From Klebsiella pneumoniae (GTDB lineage: Bacteria; Pseudomonadota; Gammaproteobacteria; Eutrophobiales; Eutrophobiaceae): 64,000 nucleotides of DNA. The notes under the pieces are model-generated. The model was not told the DNA's origin. It made no database searches and saw nothing but the letters and a program-made list of their open reading frames with translations. Each line of letters starts with the position of its first letter. Position 1 is the stretch's first letter. The stretch spans positions 67,698 to 131,697 of the forward strand of contig CAMDWI010000007.1 of the NCBI GenBank assembly GCA_945878555.1, given 5' to 3'. This document shows, piece after piece, positions 19,721 to 30,384 of this stretch. The translations under genes and the position numbers were made by a program.

Positions 19721-20185
19721 TTACATCTTCGATTGCAGGTAGTTTTCGAGGCCAATCTTTTCAATCAGACCAAGCTGCGTCTCCAGCCAGTCGATATGTT
19801 CTTCCTCGCTCTCAAGGATATCTTCAAACAGCTCTCGGGAAATGAAGTCCTTCACCGTTTCACAATGGGTGATCGCTTCACGTAAATCCGGCACGGCCAT
19901 CAATTCCAGTTTGAGGTCGCACTCGATGATTTCCTTTGTGTTCTCTCCGATCATCAGTTTACCCATGTCCTGCAGGTTCGGCAGACCGTCAAGAAACAGG
20001 ACACGTTCAATCAGCTTGTCTGCGTGTTTCATCTCATCTATCGATTCTGCATATTCGTGATCGGCCAGCTGTTTCAGGCCCCAGTTCCGGTACATGCGTG
20101 AATGGAGGAAGTACTGGTTGATGGCACTCAGTTCATTTTTCAGCACCTTGTTCAGATAGCTGATTACCTTGGCGTCGCCCTTCAT
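19721..20185 (-). CDS. bfr: bacterioferritin
   Basis: 154 aa. [36 protein letters not shown] plus ferroxidase-centre residues (E..H, E..E..H). Full-length match to Bfr. Confidence 0.9.
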   Translation of the reverse strand: MKGDAKVISYLNKVLKNELSAINQYFLHSRMYRNWGLKQLADHEYAESIDEMKHADKLIERVLFLDGLPNLQDMGKLMIGENTKEIIECDLKLELMAVPDLREAITHCETVKDFISRELFEDILESEEEHIDWLETQLGLIEKIGLENYLQSKM

Positions 20186-20341
20186 GATGCTCTCCGGTGT
20201 TGGATTTCAGTATTGTGTAAAGGATAACGGATCGGTGATCATGATGAAAGCTTATCTTGTTTATAACCTGTGAGAACAATTAATATTTCTACTATAATCA
20301 GAAACCAGGCAGTTGGCCTGTCCAGCAGAAGGAGCTGATAT

Positions 20342-20914
20342 ATGGGTGTCACCACATTTGTATTGTTCGGTGTATTTGCCGTCGGGCTGGTTTATACCAT
20401 CACCCTTTATAACAGTCTGGTCACACTGAAACATAATGTGGACAAGGCCTGGTCAAATATAGATGTATTGCTGAAGCAGCGCCATGATGAGTTGCCCAAG
20501 CTTGTGGAGACCTGCAAGCAATACATGCGCTTTGAGCAGGAGACGCTGGACAAGGTGATGCAGGCACGCTCGGCGGTGTCCAGCGCTCGCGAACGAGCTG
20601 ACGTCGGCGCACTTGGTACTGCCGAAACACAGTTGCGCACGGGTCTGGGATCGCTGTTTGCCCTCGCCGAGGCCTACCCGGACTTGAAAGCCAACCAGAA
20701 CTTCCAGCATTTACAATCACGGATCTCCGGACTGGAGGATGCGATTGCCGATCGACGTGAGTTCTACAATGAAAGTGTAAACACGAACAACATCCGCATC
20801 GAACAGTTTCCGGATGTGATCATTGCGCGGATGTTTAATTTCATCAAACGCGAGTTATTGCAGTTCAGTCAGGAAGAGTTAAAAGACGTCAATCTGCAAG
20901 CGCTTTTCAAATAA
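20342..20914 (+). CDS. lemA: LemA-family membrane protein
   Basis: 190 aa. N-terminal TM helix, then the LemA body (YNSLVTLKHNVDKAWSNIDVLLKQRHDELPKLVE...AEAYPDLKANQNFQHLQ). Confidence 0.85.
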   Translation: MGVTTFVLFGVFAVGLVYTITLYNSLVTLKHNVDKAWSNIDVLLKQRHDELPKLVETCKQYMRFEQETLDKVMQARSAVSSARERADVGALGTAETQLRTGLGSLFALAEAYPDLKANQNFQHLQSRISGLEDAIADRREFYNESVNTNNIRIEQFPDVIIARMFNFIKRELLQFSQEELKDVNLQALFK

Positions 20915-20923
20915 ACTGCGGCG

Positions 20924-21862
20924 ATGTCGTTACTGGCAACGGTCGCCGAATGGGCGCAGTTCAGTCCAGCTGACGAATTCTGGACTGTAGCAGCAGGTAG
21001 TATCATTGCCAGCATAGCCGGATTCATTGGTGGCTTCTGGTTTCTCCATCGCAAGCGCACGTTCGAAAACATACCCACTTCAAAGATCCGCTCTGCAGCC
21101 CAGGGCTATATCGAACTGGACGGCAAGGGCTTACTGATGGAAGGTCCGCCGATCCATGCGCCACTGACCGGTATACGCTGTACCTGGTACAGCTATACTA
21201 TCCAGGAACGTCGGGGTGCGGGCAAAAATTCGCGCTGGGTAACAATAGAGAAGGGTACGAGTGATGAACTGTTTCTGTTGATTGATGACACCGGCAAATG
21301 CGTCATCGATCCGGAAGGTGCCAGCGTTATCCCGACAGTCACCGACGCATGGTATGGCGTCACACCTCGCCCGCAGGGCGGTTCAAAACTCCGGCGCGGC
21401 ATCTTCTCCGGTGGAAATTTCCTCTATACCGAAATGCGTATGCATCCGGGAGACACGCTGTATGCGATTGGATTATTCAAGACTGTCGGCGGGGCCAGCG
21501 CCGAGTTGAACGTAAACGCCGAGGTTGTGCAGTTACTGAAGGAATGGAAGGCAGACAGTGAACGTTTGTTGCTCACCCATGATCACAACCGTGATGGACA
21601 GTTGGACATGCATGAATGGGAACAGGTCCGCAATGCAGCCTTGCAGGAGGTGCTGTCACATCATCAGGAGATCCGTACCGTACCTCCGGTCAATGTGCTC
21701 GGCAAGACACAGGACCCACGTCGGCCATACATATTATCTGCAATACCACAACATAGCCTGATCCGGCGTTATCATCATTACTCAGCCGCGCTGATCTCAT
21801 TGTTTTTCATCGCGGGGATACTGGCTTGCTGGCTGGTGGGACTGCGCTATTATAATTTATAA
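20924..21862 (+). CDS. two-TM membrane protein with a GIDE-like domain and an EF-hand loop
   Basis: 312 aa with an N-terminal TM helix (IIASIAGFIGGFWFL) and a C-terminal TM helix (ALISLFFIAGILACWLVGL). The central region (GYIELDG...PLTGIRCTWYSY...FLLIDDTGKCVIDPEGA) resembles the GIDE domain found in LemA-GIDE gene pairs. DHNRDGQLDMHE is a canonical 12-residue EF-hand Ca-binding loop. The GIDE assignment is from memory. Confidence 0.55.
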   Translation: MSLLATVAEWAQFSPADEFWTVAAGSIIASIAGFIGGFWFLHRKRTFENIPTSKIRSAAQGYIELDGKGLLMEGPPIHAPLTGIRCTWYSYTIQERRGAGKNSRWVTIEKGTSDELFLLIDDTGKCVIDPEGASVIPTVTDAWYGVTPRPQGGSKLRRGIFSGGNFLYTEMRMHPGDTLYAIGLFKTVGGASAELNVNAEVVQLLKEWKADSERLLLTHDHNRDGQLDMHEWEQVRNAALQEVLSHHQEIRTVPPVNVLGKTQDPRRPYILSAIPQHSLIRRYHHYSAALISLFFIAGILACWLVGLRYYNL

Positions 21863-21892
21863 AACTCACTCCAAAACAGGAAATAACAGTAT

Positions 21893-22690
21893 ATGAGCTG
21901 GTGGGGCACAGTCATTGGTGGTGCATTTGGGTTCCTCGTCGGCGGACCGCTGGGTGCGTTACTCGGCGCGGCCCTGGGTCGTAATTTTGATCAGGGCCTG
22001 AACAAGCTGCCTGGTGGAGGGGCAAGGGCAGGGCATTACAAACAGCAGGAACGCATCCAGACTGCCTTCTTTACAGCCACCTTTTCTATCATGGGTCATA
22101 TCTGCAAGGCCGATGGGCTGGTCTCCTCGGCAGAAATACGCGTGGCACGTCATGTCATGGCACAGATGCAATTAAATCCGGAACAGGTAAATGCCGCGAT
22201 GGCCCTGTTTAATGAAGGCAAGAAACCGGAGTTTTCGCTGGACGCTGTGCTGAATCAGCTGCGTACGGAGATTGGCCATCGACAAACTCTCAAACGCATG
22301 TTTATCGAGATACAGTGTATCGCCGCCACGGCGGATAATGTTGTAGACCACACCGAACGCAAGCTGCTGCTGCACCTCTGTGACGTCATAGGTTTCAGCC
22401 GGACGGAGCTGGAAGGTCTGCTTAACGCCTTCAACAGCAACTTCCATCGCGGACAACAGGGCGCAAGTCCGGCCCGGAACAGTGCGAGTGAGGCGTACAA
22501 GATCCTTGGAGTAAAGGCCTCGGACAGTGATGATGAAATAAAAAAGGCCTACCGGCGCCTGATCAGCCAGCATCATCCGGACAAACTGGTCTCAAAGGGA
22601 CTGCCAGAAGAAATGATAAAAATCGCGACGGCGAGGACGCATGAAATCCGCCAGGCCTACGAAGTGTTGAAGGAAAATCGGGGGTTTTGA
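21893..22690 (+). CDS. djlA: DnaJ-like membrane co-chaperone DjlA
   Basis: N-terminal TM helix and Gly-rich region. TerB-like middle domain. C-terminal J domain with HPD motif (AYRRLISQHHPDKLVSKG). Confidence 0.8.
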   Translation: MSWWGTVIGGAFGFLVGGPLGALLGAALGRNFDQGLNKLPGGGARAGHYKQQERIQTAFFTATFSIMGHICKADGLVSSAEIRVARHVMAQMQLNPEQVNAAMALFNEGKKPEFSLDAVLNQLRTEIGHRQTLKRMFIEIQCIAATADNVVDHTERKLLLHLCDVIGFSRTELEGLLNAFNSNFHRGQQGASPARNSASEAYKILGVKASDSDDEIKKAYRRLISQHHPDKLVSKGLPEEMIKIATARTHEIRQAYEVLKENRGF

Positions 22691-22704
22691 CCGGGCGATG
22701 CCGC

Positions 22705-23139
22705 TCAACGCAGGCGCTTGTCCTGCTCCTCCTCAAACTCGCCCTCAATAATAACAAATCCTTTTTCTGTCGTGGCAGGGCGAATCACAGTCAACCGCCG
22801 GGTTAATGCGCGGGCCAAACGAGCACGTACCGGCGGTATCAGACATAGCAGTGCAGCAATATCCGTAAAGAACCCCGGGACCAATAATAATAGTCCGGCC
22901 AACAGTAATATCATGGCCTCGACCATGTCTACTGCAGGTGGCTCACCCAACCGGACCTTTTCCTGCACTCGTCGGAATGTTTGCATACCCTGTTGTCTGA
23001 ACAACCAGGTACCCGAGACGGCAGTAAAGATACAAAGCGCAATCGTGGGCAAGGCACCTATGACCCGACCCACCTGGATAAACAGATAAATTTCAACCAG
23101 GGGAATAATCAGAAATAATAGAAATAGGATTCTTAACAT
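22705..23139 (-). CDS. fxsA: FxsA family inner-membrane protein
   Basis: MLRILFLLFLIIPLVEIYLFIQVGRVIGALPTIAL...LVPGFFTDIAALLCLIPPVRARLAR matches the FxsA family. Start set at MLRILF. Confidence 0.75.
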   Translation of the reverse strand: MLRILFLLFLIIPLVEIYLFIQVGRVIGALPTIALCIFTAVSGTWLFRQQGMQTFRRVQEKVRLGEPPAVDMVEAMILLLAGLLLLVPGFFTDIAALLCLIPPVRARLARALTRRLTVIRPATTEKGFVIIEGEFEEEQDKRLR

Positions 23140-23231
23140 AGGCTGATAATAACCGGAATTACAAAGAAATTGGCTTATTGGTTCAGGTATGGGCAAAATA
23201 GCATCTTAAAGGTCGTAAATCCGGATAACTT

Positions 23232-23564
23232 ATGTCTAAACAGAGCAAACACCTGCTGGTACTGACAACTTGCCCAGGATCGATAACAGCAAAAAAGATT
23301 GCCAATGATCTGGTCGCAGAGAAACTGGCCGCCTGCGTACAGGTCATACCGGGTATCCAGTCATTTTTTCGCTGGGTAGGCAAGGTTGATAACTCCGAAG
23401 AGATCCTGCTGATTATCAAGACGACGAGAGACCGATATCAGGCACTGGAGGACAGGATTACCGCCTTGCATCCATATGAACTCCCTGAAATTATTACACT
23501 GCCGATTAATGGTGGACTGGCTGGATATCTGGCATGGATCGAAACAAATACAGTAGCGGACTAG
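23232..23564 (+). CDS. cutA: divalent-cation tolerance protein CutA
   Basis: 110 aa. LVLTTCPGSITAKKIANDLVAEKLAACVQVIPGIQSFFRWVGKV is typical of CutA1. It precedes dsbD, the classic cutA-dsbD arrangement. Confidence 0.85.
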   Translation: MSKQSKHLLVLTTCPGSITAKKIANDLVAEKLAACVQVIPGIQSFFRWVGKVDNSEEILLIIKTTRDRYQALEDRITALHPYELPEIITLPINGGLAGYLAWIETNTVAD

Positions 23565-23607
23565 ACCGGTTTTCCACCGTGTCAGCTGGCTATGGCCAGG
23601 GTAAGGC

Positions 23608-25497
23608 ATGAAGCTCGGCCGACTGACAGTGCTGCTGGTGCTGGTGCTATTCTGTAGTACCGGGGCTGCCCAGAGTCTGAGTGAGCGTTTGCAAAATCTG
23701 CGCGGCATGGCCAGCACGCCGGAACAGGACTTCCTGCACCCGGACCAGGCCTTTGTCATGTCGGCGTCAGTCGACGGACCCAACCTTATCAACGTGCAAT
23801 GGCAGATCGCCGAAGGTTATTACCTGTATCACGACAAGTTTACCTTCGAGATTACCGAGGGTGCGGCCAGAGTCGAGGCGAGTTCAATTGTTGTCCCTCC
23901 TGGCAAGACCAAGGAAGACCCATCCTTCGGTAGCGTGGAGATCAACACAGGCGATATCGCGATAGATGTGCCGCTGATCCGCACCCGGGACACCGAATCC
24001 CCGGTTACCTTGCAGATCGGCTATCAGGGCTGCAAGGACAATTCCCTCTGTTATCCGCCTATCAAGAAATCCGTGCCACTGATCCTGTCCGCTGTGACTG
24101 CTGAAAACAGTAATGTCGCGAGTGCCAGCAATGTCAGCGCCCGGCCCGAATCTGGAGCCGGTGCCGCCAGCGGGCCGATTGAAATATCCGAACAGGATGA
24201 GTTCACACAGAAACTGAAAGAAGGCAGTTTGCTGCTGAATATATTGCTGTTCTTCGGAGCCGGACTGCTGCTCGCGGTCACGCCCTGTGTATTTCCGATG
24301 ATCCCTATCCTGTCCGGCATCATCGTCGGTCAGGAAAAGACAGTCACTCATGCCCGGGGCTTTGTCCTGTCACTGGTATATGTTGTTGCGATGGCCCTGA
24401 CCTATGCGGTCATAGGCGTGGTAGCAGCAATGGCAGAGATGAATATCCAGGCAGCGGCACAGAACGTCTGGGTTATCTCCATCTTTTGTCTGGTATTTGT
24501 CGCGCTGGCATTATCGATGTTCGGGTTTTACGAGATCCAGATGCCTTCTGCACTGCAGGATCGGCTGGTTCGCATCAGTAACAGTCAACAGGGCGGCACC
24601 TTGTCCGGTGTGGCAATTATGGGCGCTGTTTCCGCCATCATTGTGGGACCCTGCGTTGCACCACCATTGATCGGGGCACTGGCCTATATCAGCCAGACCG
24701 GTGACAAACTGCTGGGCGGGATGGCACTGTTTGCGATGGGTATGGGTATGGGTGTACCGCTGCTGGCGATCGGTGCCTCGGCCGGTTCGCTGCTGCCGAA
24801 GGCAGGTGGCTGGATGGACACGGTAAAGCAGGTGTTTGGTGTGGGTCTGCTGGCAATCGCAATCTGGTTCCTTGCACGCGTTGTCTCCCCGACCGTAGAG
24901 CTGTATCTGTGGGCAGCGCTGCTGATGATCAGCGCCATTTATATGGGTGCGCTCGACCAACTCGATAAAAATGCAGGCTGGGCGCGGTTATGGAAGGGTA
25001 TTGGCCTGCTCATGCTGGCTTACGGCTTGTTGCTAATGGTCGGTGCGTCTTCGGGTAGCGAGAACTTCTTTAAACCGCTGGAAAGTTTTGCCAGTGCGTC
25101 GGGTAACGCAACGAAGTCCGAAGACAAGCTGGTTTTTAAACGGATAAAAAGTGTGGCCGACCTGGACCGTGAACTGGATCTGGCGGCTCAAAATGGACAG
25201 TCAACCATGCTGGATTTCTACGCGGACTGGTGCATTGAATGTATCCGCATGGAATCAAATACATTCACCCAGGAGAATGTGCATCAGGCACTCGACAAGG
25301 TGGTGCTATTACAGGCAGATGTCACGGCCAATGATGACACCGATAAGGAATTACTGCGCCGTTTTGGCATTTACGGGCCACCCGCAATCCTGTTTTTTGA
25401 TCACAACGGGGACGAGCGGACGGCGTATCGTATGTTCGGTTATGCGAATGCGGAAAAATTTGCAGCGCATGTGAACAAGGCCGTTAGCCGCATATGA
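23608..25497 (+). CDS. dsbD: thiol:disulfide interchange protein DsbD
   Basis: 629 aa with a signal peptide, a periplasmic alpha domain, a multi-TM beta domain (CVFPMIPIL...CVAPPL) and a C-terminal thioredoxin gamma domain with CxxC (CIEC). Confidence 0.85.
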   Translation: MKLGRLTVLLVLVLFCSTGAAQSLSERLQNLRGMASTPEQDFLHPDQAFVMSASVDGPNLINVQWQIAEGYYLYHDKFTFEITEGAARVEASSIVVPPGKTKEDPSFGSVEINTGDIAIDVPLIRTRDTESPVTLQIGYQGCKDNSLCYPPIKKSVPLILSAVTAENSNVASASNVSARPESGAGAASGPIEISEQDEFTQKLKEGSLLLNILLFFGAGLLLAVTPCVFPMIPILSGIIVGQEKTVTHARGFVLSLVYVVAMALTYAVIGVVAAMAEMNIQAAAQNVWVISIFCLVFVALALSMFGFYEIQMPSALQDRLVRISNSQQGGTLSGVAIMGAVSAIIVGPCVAPPLIGALAYISQTGDKLLGGMALFAMGMGMGVPLLAIGASAGSLLPKAGGWMDTVKQVFGVGLLAIAIWFLARVVSPTVELYLWAALLMISAIYMGALDQLDKNAGWARLWKGIGLLMLAYGLLLMVGASSGSENFFKPLESFASASGNATKSEDKLVFKRIKSVADLDRELDLAAQNGQSTMLDFYADWCIECIRMESNTFTQENVHQALDKVVLLQADVTANDDTDKELLRRFGIYGPPAILFFDHNGDERTAYRMFGYANAEKFAAHVNKAVSRI

Positions 25498-26060
25498 ACC
25501 GCGCCGGTGCAACTCTGGTTGTTATCGCCTTGTGTTCGGGACTCGCCGGTTTTCTGTTGTCACGTGCAGCCAGCTCACCGCCATCACCCACAGTTGTCAG
25601 CATTGAACCTTCGCATCCGGTGCCGGCGGTCATTGATGTCAGGGGCAGTTACAGACCGGACTTTTCGCTGGCGGATTTATCAGGCAAGATTCGTAATCTG
25701 AGTGAGTGGGATGGCAAGGTTATCGCCGTCAACTTCTGGGCAAGCTGGTGCGCACCCTGTTTGCAGGAAATTCCAGAACTGGTAGATTTACAGCACCGCT
25801 ATGGTGACAGGGGTTTCCAGATTATCGGCCTTGCACTGCAAAAACCGGAAGAGTTGGGTGATTTCGTTGCTGAATATAAAATGAACTACCCGGTACTTGC
25901 CGGTGAGAGTGCGGTTATCGAGATTGCGGAAAGTTTCGGTAACAGCTTCGGAGCGTTACCCTATACTGCAATCATTGACCGGAGCGGCAGGATAATATTC
26001 GTCAAGGCCGGACCGGTCACGGGCAAAGAGGTAGAAGACCTTATCACACCGTTGTTATAA
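25494..26060 (+). CDS. TlpA-family periplasmic thiol-disulfide oxidoreductase
   Basis: 188 aa with an N-terminal anchor. Thioredoxin fold with WCAPC active site (NFWASWCAPCLQEIPEL). Overlaps the dsbD stop. Confidence 0.75.
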   Translation: MNRAGATLVVIALCSGLAGFLLSRAASSPPSPTVVSIEPSHPVPAVIDVRGSYRPDFSLADLSGKIRNLSEWDGKVIAVNFWASWCAPCLQEIPELVDLQHRYGDRGFQIIGLALQKPEELGDFVAEYKMNYPVLAGESAVIEIAESFGNSFGALPYTAIIDRSGRIIFVKAGPVTGKEVEDLITPLL

Positions 26061-26180
26061 CTGACTTTTCCCCGATAAATTCGCTCGTATTTCGTCTAAT
26101 TTCTGCTAATATGATTCCATTGGCAGCTAATTCCATAAACTGTAAATTTTAATCTTATACCGTACTACTCGGGGTAATTA

Positions 26181-26624
26181 ATGGCTACTGTGCTGGTTAT
26201 AAACGGCCCTAATCTTAATCTGCTGGGCAAGCGGGAACCACAACTGTATGGTTCAACCACACTCACACAGATAGTGCAGTCGCTGGAGATCGAGGCAAAG
26301 GCACTCGGTCATATGCTTGAGCATTTCCAGAGTAATGCCGAACATGAATTGATTGACCGGATACATCTGGCACGTGAGCAGGGCGTTGCCTGGATCATTA
26401 TCAATCCGGGTGCCTACACCCATACCAGCATTGCACTGCGCGATGCGCTGCTCGGCGTTGCGATACCGTTTATCGAGGTACATCTGTCAAACGTATTTGC
26501 CCGGGAGACCTTTCGCCAGCATTCTTACCTGTCTGATGTCGCCGTCGGCGTCATCAGCGGACTCGGTGCCCCGGGATACCTGTATGCATTAAAGGCTATA
26601 AACCAGAGACTCAAGGAGAATTAA
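26181..26624 (+). CDS. aroQ: type II 3-dehydroquinate dehydratase
   Basis: 147 aa with [16 protein letters not shown]...[19 protein letters not shown], the signature of AroQ. Confidence 0.9.
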   Translation: MATVLVINGPNLNLLGKREPQLYGSTTLTQIVQSLEIEAKALGHMLEHFQSNAEHELIDRIHLAREQGVAWIIINPGAYTHTSIALRDALLGVAIPFIEVHLSNVFARETFRQHSYLSDVAVGVISGLGAPGYLYALKAINQRLKEN

Positions 26625-26627
26625 GGC

Positions 26628-27080
26628 GTGGACATCCGCAAGGTTAAAAAACTGATCGAGATGCTTGAAGAATCGAAGATCTCGGAGATTGAAATTCATG
26701 AGGGGGAGGAATCTGTCCGTATCAGCCGGCACAGTTCGATGACTGACCAGCCGCAAACCTATGTGCAGGTACCGATGTCCGGCCAGCGCCAGGAATCCGC
26801 CAGTGCCGTGCCTGCCCAGCCCGCTGCGCCGGCAGAACCTGAAGGGCTGTATATCAAATCTCCCATGGTCGGCATTTTTTATGGCTCACCTTCACCGGAC
26901 AAGCCTGCCTTTGTTGCCCCGGGCACAGAGGTCAAGCTTGGCGATATTGTCTGTATCATCGAGGCGATGAAGATCATGAACCAGATAGAGGCGGATACCG
27001 AAGGAACCGTGGTAAAGATTATGGTGGAAAACGGTGCGCCTGTTGAATATGGCCAGCCCCTGTTCCTGATTCGCAAGTAA
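26628..27080 (+). CDS. accB: acetyl-CoA carboxylase biotin carboxyl carrier protein
   Basis: 150 aa with an Ala/Pro-rich linker and the biotinyl domain carrying EAMKIMNQIEA. Confidence 0.9.
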   Translation: MDIRKVKKLIEMLEESKISEIEIHEGEESVRISRHSSMTDQPQTYVQVPMSGQRQESASAVPAQPAAPAEPEGLYIKSPMVGIFYGSPSPDKPAFVAPGTEVKLGDIVCIIEAMKIMNQIEADTEGTVVKIMVENGAPVEYGQPLFLIRK

Positions 27081-27130
27081 GCGGATACAGCCAATAACTG
27101 AACAAACAAACCATTCTGGACCCAGCCTGT

Positions 27131-28474
27131 ATGCTTGAAAAAGTAGTCATTGCCAATCGTGGTGAAATTGCCCTGCGTATATTACGCGCCTGCCACGAAC
27201 TCGGAATCCGGACTGTCGCTGTATTTTCCGAGGTCGACAGAAACCAGAAACACGTATTGCTTGCCGACGAGGCCGTCTGTATCGGTCCGGCCAGTTCAAT
27301 GGAAAGTTACATGAATATCCCCGCCGTCATCAGTGCGGCCGAGGTGACCGATGCCGTGGGTATCCATCCTGGTTACGGCTTTTTGTCCGAGAACCCGGAT
27401 TTTGCTGAGCGGGTTGAGAAAAGCGGATTTGTGTTTATCGGACCGCGCTCGGAGACGATACGTCTGATGGGCAGCAAGATCTCTGCACGGAATGTAATGA
27501 AGGAATCCGGCGTGCCCTGTGTACCCGGCTCCGATGGCCCATTGAGCGATGACCCGGTCGAGTTTACCCGTACGGCACGCGACATCGGTTATCCCGTTAT
27601 CATCAAGGCCTCCGGTGGCGGTGGTGGCCGGGGTATGCGAGTGGTCCATAGTGAGGCGGCGCTGCGTAACGCGGTTGCGCTGACACGATCTGAAGCACTG
27701 GCGGCATTTAATGACGACACCATCTACATGGAAAAATACCTGGAAAATCCGCGTCATGTCGAGATCCAGGTACTGGCAGACAAACACGGCAACATCATCC
27801 ATCTGGGTGATCGCGACTGTTCTATGCAACGGCGTAACCAGAAAATCCTCGAAGAGGCACCAGCACCGCATATCAAGGAAAAGCTGCGGCGCAAGGTCGG
27901 TGAATTATGTGTCGAGGCCTGCCGCAAGATAGGATATGTCAGTGCAGGAACGTTCGAGTTCCTGTATGAAAATGACAATTTCTACTTTATCGAGATGAAT
28001 ACCCGTGTCCAGGTTGAACACCCGATCACTGAGCTGATTACCGGTGTCGATATCGTCAAGGAGCAGTTGCGGATAGCGGCAGGCGAAAAACTGTCCTACA
28101 AGCAATCGGACATCCAGATGCGCGGCCATGCGATTGAATGTCGTATCAACGCCGAGGACCCGGAAAAGTTCATACCCTGTCCGGGCGTTATCAACCACTA
28201 TCATCCGCCCGGCGGCCCTGGCATCCGCGTCGATACACATGTGTATCAGGGTTACGCGGTCCCCCCGCATTATGATTCGCTCATAGGCAAACTGATTGCA
28301 CACGGAGAGACACGTGAACTGGCGATCAGACGGATGGCGATGGCGCTGTCCGAGATTGTAATTGAGGGAATCAAGACGAACATTCCGTTACACAGAAACC
28401 TGATGAATGACGCGGCCTTTATCGCAGGCGGTACCAACATCCATTATCTAGAAAAGAAGCTTGGACTCAAATAA
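27131..28474 (+). CDS. accC: acetyl-CoA carboxylase biotin carboxylase subunit
   Basis: 447 aa with the ATP-grasp fold. [18 protein letters not shown] and the biotin carboxylase C-terminal domain are present. Confidence 0.9.
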   Translation: MLEKVVIANRGEIALRILRACHELGIRTVAVFSEVDRNQKHVLLADEAVCIGPASSMESYMNIPAVISAAEVTDAVGIHPGYGFLSENPDFAERVEKSGFVFIGPRSETIRLMGSKISARNVMKESGVPCVPGSDGPLSDDPVEFTRTARDIGYPVIIKASGGGGGRGMRVVHSEAALRNAVALTRSEALAAFNDDTIYMEKYLENPRHVEIQVLADKHGNIIHLGDRDCSMQRRNQKILEEAPAPHIKEKLRRKVGELCVEACRKIGYVSAGTFEFLYENDNFYFIEMNTRVQVEHPITELITGVDIVKEQLRIAAGEKLSYKQSDIQMRGHAIECRINAEDPEKFIPCPGVINHYHPPGGPGIRVDTHVYQGYAVPPHYDSLIGKLIAHGETRELAIRRMAMALSEIVIEGIKTNIPLHRNLMNDAAFIAGGTNIHYLEKKLGLK

Positions 28475-29375
28475 CCCTGAAGCGGCATCCTGGGTCCGGC
28501 TGACACTGACCAGCTATCCGCAATACCTGGAAGAGCTGGGAGAGTTGCTGGAAAAGTTTGACGCCATCTCGATCAGCTATACCCCGGCCTCAAGTGAGCC
28601 TGTGTTCGGTGATGACTCCGACGTGGACCGTTTCTGGGAACACACGGCCGTCTCTGCCCTGTTCAATCAGGATGTCGATATGGACATCCTGATCGCCTGT
28701 ATCCGCAACAAGGCAGGCACAGACAATATCCTCGACTGCCGGATCGAGCCTGTCATTGATACCAACTGGATAGAAAAACACAAGGTCGGCTTTGCACCGA
28801 TGGTATTTGGCAATCGGCTATGTATCTGTCCGAGCTGGTTGCCGCGCCCGCAGGATATTCCACATGTAATCGAGCTGGATCCGGGCCTGGCATTTGGTAC
28901 CGGCACCCATGCCACTACCGCACTGTGTCTGCAATGGCTGGCCACCCATGATATTGAAGGCAAGAGTGTGATCGATTATGGCTGTGGTTCCGGCATACTC
29001 GGGCTCGCTGCGGCCAAACTCGGTGCCAGCCGCGTATCAGCTGTCGATATCGACCCGCAGGCACTGCTCGCAACACTGGACAATGCCTGTAACAACAGTC
29101 TGCAGGACTCCATTCATACGGCGTTGCCCGCTGACTTTGTCAGGCACACCGCCGATATCCTGATAGCGAACATCCTGCTAAATCCCCTAATAAGCCTGTC
29201 CTCGATGCTGGCTACACTGCTTGAACCGGGCGGCAGAATCGTCCTGTCAGGCGTATTGTCGACGCAGACCGAACAGTGTCTGCAGGCCTACAGACGCTGG
29301 TTTGATATGGATGAACCGGTATTCCACGATGAATGGGTCATGCTGACCGGCACCCGCAACATGCAGGTGGACTAA
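28461..29375 (+). CDS. prmA: ribosomal protein L11 methyltransferase
   Basis: SAM methyltransferase motif [15 protein letters not shown]. The N-terminus WVRLTL aligns to the PrmA PWLQ(V)RL motif. Start is uncertain: the only in-frame start is the ATG at 28461, which overlaps accC by 14 nt. Confidence 0.75.
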   Translation: MDSNNPEAASWVRLTLTSYPQYLEELGELLEKFDAISISYTPASSEPVFGDDSDVDRFWEHTAVSALFNQDVDMDILIACIRNKAGTDNILDCRIEPVIDTNWIEKHKVGFAPMVFGNRLCICPSWLPRPQDIPHVIELDPGLAFGTGTHATTALCLQWLATHDIEGKSVIDYGCGSGILGLAAAKLGASRVSAVDIDPQALLATLDNACNNSLQDSIHTALPADFVRHTADILIANILLNPLISLSSMLATLLEPGGRIVLSGVLSTQTEQCLQAYRRWFDMDEPVFHDEWVMLTGTRNMQVD

Positions 29376-29387
29376 AGGTCCTCTGTC

Positions 29388-30179
29388 ATGATTACGGCCT
29401 GCCCCGCCTGTAACCGACAATTCCGGATCTATGCACAACAATTGTCTGCGGCCAGGGGGATGGTACAGTGCGGCTTTTGCGGTGAGCAATTCAATGCGCT
29501 GGAACGATTGTATGATCACCCCTCACAGATAAAGACTACGTCACCGCTACCTTCCGCAGAAGATGATGATACAGACGAGCCCCGCTTTGAGATACCGGAA
29601 GCGCCGACTGCTATTACCCTGGCCGCTGCACCGCAACCGGATCGACCTGACAGTGACGACGACATAGCCATTGAGCTGCTGGTCGCCGAGACCAGGCCAC
29701 GATCGTGGTTCGCCACAGTGATGTGGACAATCGGGGTACTCATATTATTCACCGCCATCCTGCTACAGCTCGCCTGGTTTAATCGGGACCTTTTGCTCGA
29801 ACGTTATCCGGAGTACCTGCCTCTGGCCAAACAACTGTGTGAGCGTTATGACTGCGAACTGATCCGCGACCGCGATCTTGAGGCTATCGTGCTGGTCAAC
29901 CGGGATGTGCGTGACCATCCCCGATTCAATAATGCCTTACTGGTCAATATTACCATCGAGAACCAGTCGCAGAAGACCCAGCCCTACCCAGGAATCCAGT
30001 TCATATTGTTCGATAATACCGGCAAGGTAACCGCCTACCGGCGCCTGCAGGCGACTGACTATCTTGAGCCTGATATCAACCTGGATTCGGGTATGCGTCC
30101 TGGCCTGCCGCTACATCTGGTACTTGAGGTTGCCGAATCAGCGGAAACAACAGTAGGATTCGAATTCGGTTTTTTCTGA
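29388..30179 (+). CDS. zinc-ribbon / DUF3426 domain protein
   Basis: N-terminal CPxC...CGxC zinc ribbon (MITACPACNRQF...VQCGFCGEQF), an acidic linker, one TM helix and a C-terminal DUF3426-like region. This is the same position between prmA and dusB as in Pseudomonas. Confidence 0.6.
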   Translation: MITACPACNRQFRIYAQQLSAARGMVQCGFCGEQFNALERLYDHPSQIKTTSPLPSAEDDDTDEPRFEIPEAPTAITLAAAPQPDRPDSDDDIAIELLVAETRPRSWFATVMWTIGVLILFTAILLQLAWFNRDLLLERYPEYLPLAKQLCERYDCELIRDRDLEAIVLVNRDVRDHPRFNNALLVNITIENQSQKTQPYPGIQFILFDNTGKVTAYRRLQATDYLEPDINLDSGMRPGLPLHLVLEVAESAETTVGFEFGFF

Positions 30180-30384
30180 AAGCCGGATGTGATCTTATGG
30201 TCGCGCCGGGAACATAATATTTAAGCGTAAGAAGTAGTTAAGCAATATACCTGCACTGATAGTTTCATTCGCTGATATGCGCTGCCCGTGTAAACGCGAA
30301 AGCAGTGCTTTTCAGCGATTCTATTCCCCGTTATGATTGTGCCTACCCGATGCCGCCATAGACAACAAGAAGCGGTGATTAAGG

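Noticed and set aside
28461-28474. 14-nt overlap between accC and the prmA start as a possible frameshift or pseudogene signal
   Set aside because: Both reading frames are intact and full length. The overlap is the only in-frame start for prmA and is most simply explained by translational coupling. There is no evidence of disruption.
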